From positions 11,715 to 75,714 of the forward strand of contig CAZAEI010000002.1 in NCBI GenBank assembly GCA_964484305.1: a DNA stretch of 64,000 bases, written 5' to 3'. Source of the stretch: an uncultured archaeon (lineage in GTDB: Archaea; Aenigmatarchaeota; Aenigmatarchaeia; QMZP01). Below the pieces are notes generated by a model. It made no database searches. It was not told where the DNA came from and was given only the letters and a program-made list of their open reading frames with translations. Position numbers and translations under genes: made by a program. Positions 35,101 through 47,100 of the stretch are shown here, piece by piece (positions within the stretch are counted from its first letter, which is position 1; every line of letters starts with the position of its first letter).

Positions 35101-38100
35101 GCCTGTAGTAGAGTTGGAGGAAGAGCGCATCCAGCATAAGGCCGTTACCACCTGCGTTCTCTATCCTGATTATACAGTAACCTGTCCCGTTGGGGGCTAT
35201 CTGATTTTGCATTATAGAAACCGGTTGCTCTTCAGCGTTGTCGCCGATGTCCTGGCTGTGCAGGACGTTGAACCAGTCCGTTCCGTTGTACGCATAGACC
35301 CTTGCCCTGGATGGGCCCGAACTGCCCTCCCAGTAGGCGGTCAGGTTCCCTATCCTATAGTCCCCGCCCTCGCATGGCCAGGCAGCCTCGACACTCTCCT
35401 CAGGCTCTTGCCCTGCTGTGAGGTCTGCCTCGAGTGAGCTGTCGTCAAGGGAGGCCCCCAGGGTGACGTCCACGGAGCAGAACTGGGTTGTGACATCGTC
35501 CTCAGAATCCCCGCTCGTGTTGTAGTGTATTGCAGAGGCCGGGCAGCCGAGGTCTAGGAATCTGTATGCCAAGACTGTCGTGATGTTCCTGTCCTCCTGC
35601 TCCTCTGTGTTGTTGACTGATACGTTGATTACGTAGCTGACCTCATATGAGGAGTTCACATAGACCTCCCAGCCTACGTCCTTGGAGTCATCTATTCCCA
35701 TTGCGCTAAGGTTCTGGGTCCTGCTCGGCAGGACCTGCCAGTCAAGCGGAACTTCAAGTGTAGCATTCACCTGTTCAGAGGCCTTCTCTGTCACCGTTAC
35801 TGTGGCATTGACCACGAAGCTCCTGTTCTGGAATATCTCATCAGGGACGTACATGGCTGTTACGTTGATTTTTGATACTGGGGGGTTCACTGAGAAGGCG
35901 TCTGTCTCGATATCGGTCCCGTTGTTGTAGTAAGCCACGTCCGAGGCATTGGCGTAGATGGTGTAGTTTGCGTAGTCGAAGCCTATTACAGACGAGTTCC
36001 AGTAGCAGCTGTAGCTCCCGCCACCCCAGTTGGTGACATTGGTGCACTCATAGGTGTTCAGGGTGTCCTGGCTCTTCAGGGTCACGTTTATGGTGGCCGT
36101 GGTTATGTCCTCGTTGCAGTCGCCCACGACATCCACGGTTATATTTATTGTCTCGCCCTTGAGGTAGTCGCCGTAGGGTATGGTGATGTTGGGCTCGAGC
36201 TGGCCTATTATGGTCACGTTGTATATTGAGGAGGAGTTGACATTGTCCTTGTGGTAATCATAGGCGTCGCTCTTGGTGTAGGCGAACCAGTTCTGGACGC
36301 CTGCCTGGTAGAATGGCGAGCATCCTGGGTTGAAGCTGAAGTTGGCGTACATGTGGGGGGCCGAGTCTGTTGTCAGTACCTTCATCTCACCGCCCTGGTG
36401 CTGGTTGGTGTAGACGCTGCCGTCTGTCGTGACGTTGTAGAATACCTGCTCGGTCGTGGAGGAGTCTGCGTACTCGCCCAGGATTATGTCGAAAACGTCC
36501 ACGAAGAGGGGTGTTGTTGCAGAGCCCTGCCTCTCGACCTGGGTGTTCTTGGGAGTGTCCTCCCTGTTTGGCGCGAAGCAGAAGGTCGTGAGGTTGACGT
36601 AGTCCGTGTGGTTCTCGTCGTAATCCTCCTGCTGGATGTTGGTGGCGTTTATCTCCCAGACGTATGCGCCCTCATAGGGGCAGGCTGACTTGACCTGGAA
36701 GGTGAGGTAGGCCTGCCCCATGGACTGGTTGTCCTTGTACTGGTCAATCCAGCTTGGGTCGTCACCGTCAAATGTCCAGACCAGCCTGTCCACACCGTTG
36801 ATGAGGTAGTGTGTGATTTTCTGAACCCCCCGGCCGTTGACCTTGGCTGTCCCGAGGATGTAGTTCCACCCCCTCGGGAATGTTACGTTGGTGCTGAACG
36901 AGAGTATCTCCCCCCTTCCGCTGTTCTCTGCCTCGAGCCAGACTGGGATGAGGACATCCAGGATGTCAGAGCGGTTTGCTGTCCTGTTCTCCCTGGTAAA
37001 CCAGTTGTAGGGGCTTGAGCAGTAGTCTGAATCCTCATCGGATAGCAGGGAGTCGCCCTGCTCCAGGTCGAGCCTGAAGTGGAGGGCCCCTCCGTGGTCA
37101 GGGAGCATGCCCATGTCATAGTTACCGGAACCGACAGCCTGGCCGTCCCCCAGATAGACAGTGGAATTGTAGTAGCCTGACCCTATGGGCCTGTAGGGGA
37201 AGCTCTGCTCACCCAGCGGAGTAACCTGGGCCCAGAAGACATGGTATTCCCCGGGTTGTATGGTCACGCCTATTGTCCCGTTACTCCAGCCCCATTCATA
37301 CCAATAGAGGTCTCCGCTGTCCCTGTTGGCGTAGTCGGGTGCTGCAGACTCGGAATATGAATGCACCGAGAACGTGGCACCTGTCTCCATCATGGACGTT
37401 GTCTCGCTTGGGTCACCCTCGAAGAATACCATGCCGGTGACGTTTACGGGGTCTTCCTCGTCATTGAAGACTATGATGTGCTGGTACCTTCCCGAGGGGC
37501 AGTTGCCCAGGTCCTCAACCATGTGGGAGGGGGCCTCGACAAAGACCTCGGGCTTGCCGTCCTCATCGTAGAGGGTTCCCATGGTCAGGTTGTCCGGGGT
37601 CAGGGTCAGCGTATGGGTTGACGTGGTCTGCGGGGATGCGCCTGTGTCCCTCTCAGAGGCGTTGAACTTCCACTCCCTGGTGGCGCTGGTGTCGTAGTCG
37701 CTGACCGAGTACTGGTGGTAGAAGAGCTCGGTCTTGCCCGTGGGCACGGTCACGTTCCTGCACTCCACCTCAGTGAAGCTGAGGCCTGCGGGCCTCTCCC
37801 AGAGGCACAGGTAGACGTCGTTGATGTGCGTGACGTTCACGCTGAAGGTGTAGTTCCTGCCCCATGGGGCGTCATCAGGGGTATCGGGGATTGCCATTTC
37901 GTTCAGAATCTGTATCGGGACCGAGAGGTGGAAGGCGTCCTCCTCGAGGTCAGTGTCGTTGTTGTGGTAACTCTTGTAGGCGAACATGGTTATATTGTAG
38001 TCACCGCCGGCCTTGCCCGAGGAGTTCCAGTCGCACTGGTAGATGCTGCCGGTCAGGTTGGTCACATATCCGGACTCCGGGCACCAGTAGGTCATTGGTC

Positions 38101-41100
38101 CGTCAAGCCTGAAGTTGACCTCCGCGTTGGAAACTCCCTGGCTACAGTCGTCGGTAAGGTTTCCCTTGAGCACTATGGGAACGGTCTCGCTCTCGGAGAA
38201 CTGCTGGAGCCCGGTTGGCTGGATGATGTCCGCGTATAGGTCCCCGTAAACGGCCACGTAGTGCTCGCTCGAGTTCTGGCTGGCGTAGCAGGTGTCGCTG
38301 GTCTGCATCTTCCATTTCTGGATTCCAACGTCATAGTCGCACTCGTCCCCGCCCGGGGGAAAGGTCTCGTTGAAGAAGCCGTCCGCATCGGTCGTTATGA
38401 GGCCGAGGTCCGAGTATGCGGAGCCGTCAGTCGTGACCCAGAGCCTGCCATACACGCCTGAAGGGACGTATTCGTTCGCGTCGGTGTCGTTGACCTTGGT
38501 AGACAGGGTTATGGTGTCTGCGGAGCGGTTTATCTCGGTGTCGTTGCCCGAGCCGCCGTACTCCACTATGACATCGTCTGCCTCCACGGTGAAGGAGCTC
38601 TCCTCGCTGTCTGTCTTGACGTCGATGTCAGATGCGTTGAACTTGAAGTTTACCGTGCCCTTGTAGGAGCAGCTGAAGTTTATGTCCGTCCAGTTCAGAA
38701 CGGTGTCGTTGCAGTCCTCGCAGTAAAGGTCCCCGTCGAGCTGCAGCCACTCCCCGCCTGTTCCCCCCGAGCTGCTGTGCCAGAGCTGGACAGTGACGTT
38801 GTCCAAGGGGTCGTCGGTGACGTTAACCGAGAAGTTGAATTTCCTGGACCAGCCCTCCGATGTCGGCACCACTGCGGGGTCTTCAAGGAGTGGGTATATG
38901 TAGAGGTAGAAGAAGCCTCCATTGCTCATGTTGGTCTTAACGGTCTCGTTCATGTAGTAGTAGTCCTTGGTCGCGTTCAGGGTGGCGTTGTACCACCCCT
39001 GCCTGTAGCCGGTTGTATCCAGGCCCTGGGGAGTCTCGGAGCACTTGTAGTAACCCGTCACGGGGCTCGTGACCGCGCTGCACTCGTCCTCGGTCAGGCC
39101 GCTCGCGTTGAACCTTACCGTGGCCCCGCCCAGCTCGGCCTGGCAGTCATCCCATATGGAGGCCTCGAACCTTATCCTGTCCCCCACGGTCTTGTTCTCC
39201 TCAAGGGGCCAGTCAAATGACACGTTGAAGTCTCCCATTACGGTGAGGTCGTACTCTGTAGAGGAGTTGTCTGCATAGCACCGGTATCCATCGGTCTCTG
39301 CCTTCCAGTTCTGCACGCCCACCTCGTACCTGGTCGGGGTGCATGAGGCATTGAAATCATAAACGGCATGGCCGGAGGAGTTGGTTGTGATGTTTATGCC
39401 GCTGTCATACTCGTAGCTGTTGGTCTCCACGTAGAATGTCACGTTGAAATCAAGCAGCTCGGTGCCGTTGCCGTCCCATATCCTCAGTATCAGGGTGTCT
39501 GTCTGGTCGCCTGACCTGTTGGCGGTTGAGTCGTCTCCCTGCTGGTATTCGAATACCACCGGGTCCTGGGTTATGGTGAAGTTCCTGTAGGAGCTGGGTG
39601 TGGTCGTGTTGGAATTCTGGTACTCGTCAGTGGCGTTGAACTTGTAGTACCAGAGCCCGATGTTGTCGCACGTGAACTGGGGGGTGAAGTTGAGGGTTTC
39701 CCAGTTTCCTGAGTTGTTGTAGTAGTCCTCGTCCATCAGTGTCCATGGGGCACCCACAGGGAAGGTTGACCTCCAGAGCTGCACGGTCACGTTGTCGTAC
39801 TCGTCATATACGTCCACGGAGAAGTTCCATTCATAACCCCAACCGCCGGACAGCATGGAAACGTTCTCGTTCTCGAGCAGGGGCGCATGGACCTGGGTGT
39901 TGACCTTCTGGACATCCGTAACGTTGTAGCTGTAGCACGTCTCTGTTGTTGAAACGTAGGCTATCCAGTCCTGTATCCCGGTGATGTAATAATCGTCAGG
40001 TAGGAAGTAGAACGTGGCATACCCCGTGGCGTTCGTCGTGTTCGTCCCGGCAGTCGTGTAGTCACCGCCCTCGCCGTTGGTGGTTACGTTGAACGTAACG
40101 GTTGATGCAGGCGAGAGGTCATATGTCTGCTTGTCGTTGTTATACAGCCTCACTATGAATTCGGCAGGAATCGAAAGGGATGAGTTGGTGTTGTTTCCGG
40201 AGATGTAGATTATGCTCACGTTATCCTTCTGTATCTGGAAGGTGTCGTCGTTGTTTACGTACTGCCCGGGGTTTATCGGGTCCGATATCTTCATGTTGCC
40301 CTCCTCGTCGGTGGCGTTGAACCTGAACTTCATCAGCTGCCCGGCATAACCGGAACAGGGATAGGTCACACCCGTCCAGTTCAGCTCGGTGTAGTTCAGT
40401 GCGCCATTGTCAGAGCAGTTTGTGCAGGACTGTGTTGAATAGTCCTGCCAGCCCTGTCCCACGACCTGGTACTGGAGCGTGACGTTGACAGTGTCCCCGA
40501 GGTTGTCTGATACGTTGACAGTGAAGTTGAAGTTGCCTGACCAGGGCCCGGACCTGGGGGTCACGTTTCCTGCCTTAAGTATCGGGGAGGTTGTCAGGTA
40601 GAAGATGTCCGGTGAGATGGTCGTGTTCTCGTAGTAGTAGGAGTAATTGGCCCACATGGTCACGTTGTAGTAGCCGTACTCTGCCTCCTGCCAGGGAAGC
40701 CAGTTGCACTTGTAGACGTTGGCTCCGATTCTGGATATTGGTGAACAGTAGTCGCCGTAGTCCGTGGTGTTGAGCATATAGCTTATCTGAGTGGAGGTGT
40801 TGACTGCCATGGGCTCTTCACAGTAGTTCTCTATGAAGCCCTGGAGGAGCACTATCTCGCCTATGGAGAAGTTCTGGGAGCCGTCAGGGAGGTCTATTGC
40901 GGGGTACAGGGAACCGTAGACGGTGAAGTTGTATGTGGAAGACTGCGTGGCTTTGTAGCAGGTGTTGCTGTCCTCCACCTTCACGTACCATTCGTGCAGC
41001 CCTACCTCGTACTCCTCGTTCTCTGTGGGCGTGGAGGCGTTGTCGCATTCCGGGAAGAAGTCGTACAGGACCTCGCCTGTGTCGTTTGCTGTTAGGAGAT

Positions 41101-44100
41101 GCCCGCTGTCCCAGGACGCCCCGCCACCTGTCCCTACCTTGGTGATGTACATGGTGGTGTTCGGCTGGGCATAGGAGCCGTTCTCGTCCATTATCCGGAC
41201 GTGCAGGGAGAGGTTGAGCAGGTCAGCGGAGCGGTTGGTCACGTTCTCGTGGCCCCAGATTACAAGGTAGGTGACGTCGTCCTCCTCTGTGGTGAACGAG
41301 CGCGCTGTGGTGGTGTTCTGGTTGCTCTCGTTATCGGTTATTATGAACCTGTACTGGGCAAGGCTTGATACGTTGCCGCAGTCGAGGGAGATAGTGAAGT
41401 TCTTGGTCTCCCAGTAAGAGCACTCCGTGCAGGTCTGGTTGTCCAGCTTGAACCAGCCAGAGCCTGTGTTGAGCTGGAGCTCCACGTCAACGGTGTCGCT
41501 CTCGGGGTCGTATACCGTCACGTTGAAGGTCCATCCCTCGCCCCAGCCCTGTGAAACCGAGGTGCTCTCCTCGCCCACGTAGCCATTGATGGTCTCGTTC
41601 TCGTACCTTGGCGGCCAGTTGAGCTCAATCTCAACCGTGAGGTTCTCGGTCTTGTTGTACCTGTAGCAGGCGTCATCGCTGCCTATGTAGCCGTACCAGG
41701 TCTGGTTCCCGTCGTAGAACTGGCCATCGGGGAGGAAGGTCACGTTTGCATGGCCTGAGGAGTTGGTCAGGGAGGAGTTTATCATGACCAGTGAAGAGCC
41801 TGCCCCGTTGGTTGTCACGTCGAACTTTACAAGGGGGGTCTCGTAGCCTGAGAATGTCCTGGAGAGGTTGTCGAGGTCGTAGACCTGCACGCCAAACTCT
41901 GTTGAGGTTGTCAGGCTCGTGTATGACTCGTTCCCGTAGACGTAGGTAACGTTTACGTCTGACTTCTCCGCCTGGAAGGTGTCGTCGTTGTCAACGTACT
42001 GCCCTGGGTTTATCGGGTCTGATATCTTCATGTTGCCCTCCTCATCCGTGGCGTTGAAGCGGAACTTCATGTAGGAGCCTGCATATCCAGAGCAAGGGAG
42101 GGTGAGGCTCCAGTTGAGCTGGGTGTAGTTGAGTGCGCCGTTGTCAGAGCAGTTAGTGCAGGACTGTGTGGTGTAGTCCTGCCAACCCTGGCCCACGACC
42201 TGGTACTGGAGCGTGACGTTGACAGTGTCTCCCTTGTTGTCGGACACGTTCACAGTGAAGTTGAACTCGGTTTCCCAGGAGGAGATTCTTGGGGTCACGT
42301 TGCCGGCCTTTAGTATTGGTGAGGTGGTGAGGTAGAAGATGTCCGGTGAGATGGTCGTGTTCTCGTAGTAGTAGGAGTAATTGGCCCACATGGTCACGTT
42401 GTAGTAGCCGTACTCTGCCTCCTGCCAGGGAAGCCAGTTGCACTTGTAGACGTTGGCTCCGATTCTGGATATTGGTGAACAGTAGTCGCCGTAGTCCGTG
42501 GTGTTGAGCATATAGCTTATCTGAGTGGAGGTGTTGACTGCCATGGGCTCTTCACAGTAGTTCTCTATGAAGCCCTGGAGGAGCACTATCTCGCCTATGG
42601 AGAAGTTCTGGGAGCCGTCAGGGAGGTCTATTGCGGGGTACAGGGAACCGTAGACGGTGAAGTTGTATGTGGAAGACTGCGTGGCTTTGTAGCAGGTGTT
42701 GCTGTCCTCCACCTTCACGTACCATTCGTGCAGCCCTACCTCGTACTCCTCGTTCTCTGTGGGCGTGGAGGCGTTGTCGCATTCCGGGAAGAAGTCGTAC
42801 AGGACCTCGCCTGTGTCGTTTGCTGTTAGGAGATGCCCGCTGTCCCAGGACGCCCCGCCACCTGTCCCTACCTTGGTGATGTACATGGTGGTGTTCGGCT
42901 GGGCATAGGAGCCGTTCTCGTCCATTATCCGGACGTGCAGGGAGAGGTTGAGCAGGTCAGCGGAGCGGTTGGTCACGTTCTCGTGGCCCCAGATTACAAG
43001 GTAGGTGACGTCGTCCTCCTCTGTGGTGAACGAGCGCGCTGTGGTGGTGTTCTGGTTGCTCTCGTTATCGGTTATTATGAACCTGTACTGGGCAAGGCTT
43101 GATACGTTGCCGCAGTCGAGGGAGATAGTGAAGTTCTTGGTCTCCCAGTAAGAGCACTCCGTGCAGGTCTGGTTGTCCAGCTTGAACCAGCCAGAGCCTG
43201 TGTTGAGCTGGAGCTCCACGTCAACGGTGTCGCTCTCGGGGTCGTATACCGTCACGTTGAAGGTCCATCCCTCGCCCCAGCCCTGTGAAACCGAGGTGCT
43301 CTCCTCGCCCACGTAGCCATTGATGGTCTCGTTCTCGTACCTTGGCGGCCAGTTGAGCTCAATCTCAACCGTGAGGTTCTCGGTCTTGTTGTACCTGTAG
43401 CAGGCGTCATCGCTGCCTATGTAGCCGTACCAGGTCTGGTTCCCGTCGTAGAACTGGCCATCGGGGAGGAAGGTCACGTTTGCATGGCCTGAGGAGTTGG
43501 TCAGGGAGGAGTTTATCATGACCAGTGAAGAGCCTGCCCCGTTGGTTGTCACGTCGAACTTTACAAGGGGGGTCTCGTAGCCTGAGAATGTCCTGGAGAG
43601 GTTGTCGAGGTCGTAGACCTGCACGCCGAACTCGGTTGGCTGGGTTGGCTGTGCCTTTGTCTCGTTGCCGTATATGTAGGTCACGTTGACGTCCGACTTC
43701 TGTAGCTCGAACGTGTCATCCTCGCCATAGTACTGGGTAACGCTGTCGGTGTATATCGTGTTCCCCTCGCTGTCGTAGGCCCTGAAGCGGAACTTCATCC
43801 ACTGGCCTGCATATCCGGAGCAGGGGTAGGTCTTGTTGAAATCAAATGTGGTGTAGCCCTCTGCGTTGTCAGAGCAGTTCGTGCAGTTGCGGGATTCCAC
43901 ATCGTACCAAGACTGGCCGAGTATCTGCTCTTGGAGGGTGACGTTGACCGTGTCATCGAGGTTGTCTGCAATCCTTACGCTGAAGTTGTGCTCCAGCGCC
44001 CAGGAGTCCTGCCTGGGGGTGGCGTTTGCCTCGGTAAGGGAAGGTGAGGTTGTCAGGTAGAATGTTTCAGGCGGCTGCTTTATCGTGAGGTTCTCGTAGT

Positions 44101-47100
44101 AGTTCGGATAGTCAGACCGCATGGAGACGTTGTAGTATCCGTAGGGTGTTTCCTGGTCGGGGTTCCAGTTGCACTTGTATACGTTCGCGCCGATGGGGTC
44201 TATTACCGTGCAGTTTGTATCGTAGCTCTCGTCCTGGTTTGACAGGTTGAACGTAACCTGGGTGGTGGTGTTCAGGGTTATGGGCTCCCCGCAGTAGTTC
44301 TGTGTGTAGCCTTGGATTAGTATCGTATCCGCCGCGGTGTAGTTCTCTGAGCCGTCAGGAAGGTCGATGAAGTTCTGCAGGGTTCCCGTGACGTTGAAGT
44401 TCCATGTGCTTGACTGGTCATCCTCGCACAGGTCCGGGTCTTCCTCGGTCGTGACTATCACGTACCAGTCGTGCGCCCCAACCTCGTACTCCTCATTCAC
44501 GAGGGGTGTGGAGGCATTGTCGCAGTCGGGGAAGAAGCTGTAGTTGATGTAGCCAGAGGCGTTAGTTGTCAGCGTGCGGCCGCTGTCCCATGTAGCCCCT
44601 GTCCCGGAACCCACCTTCGTGATGTACAGCTTGACATCCTTTCCTGCCCCTACCGTGCCGCCGATGTTCATCCTTATCCAGACCTCGGTCCAGTTGATTT
44701 CATCGATGTTTCCATCGTCGTAGTAATCGAAATCTATTCCCCTTATCCTGATGTCGCTGTTCGCGGGGGTTTCCCATGCCGCCAGGACGGTTGAATCGGT
44801 TGTCCATGCGGTGGCGTTTCCGGTTCCGCTCACTGAGAAATTGACGCTGCCGTCAATCCAGTCGGAGCCGTTCCAGAACTGGACCTGCAAATCGGGGTCG
44901 TTGTTTCCCTCTGCCGTGGAGCCCGTGTCGTTGTAATCAGAAACGTTCACTATAACCGAGATGTTGTATGTCTGGGATGGCAGCTCCGGGATGACATCGC
45001 TGTAGGTCGTCCAGCCCGTTACACCTTCATCGTCTATAAGGGGTGTATAGGCCAGTACATGAATCAGGTCTATGCCAAGGGTGTCGGTGTCTGCGTCGCT
45101 ATCCTGGTCCGTGTCCATGAAGGTGACGTTCAGCTCGCCGCCGCTTATCAGGGCCGTCACGTCCAGCGTCATGTTGGTTTCAGAGGAGGTTATGTTGCCA
45201 ACCTCGGTTGAGTAGGCATAGACGGTGAAGTTCTCCTCGGTGGCTGCTGAAGAGTTGGCTGAGACGTTCAGGTAGTAATATTCATAGCCGGCTGCTATGT
45301 CATCTATGATGTAGGTCACGTTCAGTACGGAACTGCCGGCCCCGGACGACTCAATCGAGAAGGTATACCCGTTGGCTTCGTTGATTTCCAGGGTGAATGT
45401 CTTGGTTCCGGTGGTGTTTGGGGGGTTAATAAACGTTTCCTCAACGCATGCAAAGGCAGCAGCCCCATCATTGGCAGGACCGCAGTAATTATTGAACCTT
45501 GACGTGCCTGAGGGCAGCCCGCTAAAGATTACATAGCCGTCCTTGAACGCGCAGTGCAGGACAAGCTCGTTGTCGGTGGTTGTGGTGACCGAGGGCGCGT
45601 CAATGGAGACACGTGTTCCTGTAAGCAGGTTGGTCGCGAACTGGCCCCAATCGCCTACGTTCTCGTAAAGCAGGATTATCCCGAGCTGTTCTTCTGAGCC
45701 TGTCCAGGACCATGTATAGGTCTTGGAGCCGGCGTTATCCTCGTCGTCCTGGGAAACAGCCTTAGTGTAAATCCATACTGCAGGGGCGGAAGAAGCCACT
45801 GTCCCGTCTATTGGCATTGAGCCCGATTCCTCCAATGTCCAGGTTTCGGTGCTCGGGGGGGTTATAGTTAAAGCCGGGGTGTTGTCATCAGTTGCCACAA
45901 TAGCTACCATGAGGTCTCCCACCAAGGCAGAGGCAGGAACGGTAATGACTACATCGTTTCCAGCAGAATTTTCATCAAACCCGTCAGACTCAGAATCCTT
46001 GTATGCCGGGACGGCCCCGCCTGATGTGGTCTCGTTAATCACCCTGAAGCTCTTGTCATAGGTCTGGGTGTCGGTGTAGTCGCCTGAAACAGAAACCCCG
46101 GATATTATGTCTTCGTCACCGGAGGAATCCATGGTGTAGTATGTGCTGCTTTCCTGCGCCGCCTTCTTCTGTATCTCTCCGGATTCCTGGTCTTCTGTTT
46201 CATTGTAGGTTGTTGCGTATCTTACAAGAACCTCCAGCGTCAGGTTTTCCGCGTCGGCGCTCCTGTTCGTGTTCACATTGTGGCCGGAGGCGACCTCGAA
46301 CTCGTAATCAAGGTCTACGTCGCAGGGCAGGCTCAGCGGAACATCAATCTCGGTTTTCCTGTCAAGAGCAACCGGGACTGAATAAACGTTGTAAGGATAC
46401 TTTGTTACAGTCAGCCTGAAGGGGGAATACGTGACGTTTCCCGTGTAATTGTATTCGGCGTATGTGACTGCCTGCTGGGTTATTGTCCCGTCTGCTGACG
46501 TGTTTATCTCAAAGATGGTGTTTCCAGAAGTGTCGTTCAGCTGGACTGTCGCATTTTCAATGGGAGCTCCCTCTGAATCCGAGACCGTCACGTCCAGCGT
46601 GTACTTCCTGAATAGCGTGCCGTTGTCCGCCTTCCAGTTGAAGTCCCAGGTATCGGACTGGATATTTATGAGCGAGCCGTTGCCTGACCCTGCGGAGAAG
46701 CCGTAGCCGTCTTTGTTGTTGACCTTCTTGTCGCTAGTTTCATTTACGACCGAGTCATTCACTATGAAGTCAACGTACGATGTGTATGTGGCGCAGTCGT
46801 CGCTCACGGTGAAGACATCGGTTACGTAGTTTTCTCCATTGGAGTAGTTTATCTGGATGGCCTGCATGTAATCGTATATGTTGCTGAGCGTCCTGTTATC
46901 GGTGACCGTTATGTTGCCGCCGTAGAAATACACGGGCCTCACGGTAGTGCTTGAATAAGCAGAGTCGAATGTGACAAGTCCTGTTTCATAATCAACACTA
47001 TAATTGGCCTTTGGTATAAGACTTGAAGGGATAAACCTCGTGGCACTCCAGCCTGTCACGTCAAGCATCTGGAGGTGCTCTGATTGCGTAACCGGGTAAT

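Larger units (their letters stand above)
17000..44650 (-). repeat. Array of a diverged three-domain module (A Big_1-like, B Cys-containing Ig-like, C GWG...NF[ST]V.V.D..D.V.V.L). I count about 25 C-type domains by eye.
   Basis: Three signatures recur. A: V.NRS....L...V.D.D......V.F.VT.....DSG...TN..G.A.Y.F.P.C...VG.Q.W. B: DDC.........Y.C.WNS......G.YN.T. C: P...GWG..FNF.V.V.D.D.D.V.V.LW. The boundaries are approximate. Confidence 0.7.

Noticed and set aside
21632-43627. The exact or near-exact intragenic repeats as template and variable repeats of a diversity-generating retroelement.
   Set aside because: The long copies are 100% identical, so there are no adenine-specific substitutions. The diverged flanks differ at all base types. 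No reverse transcriptase is encoded in the window.
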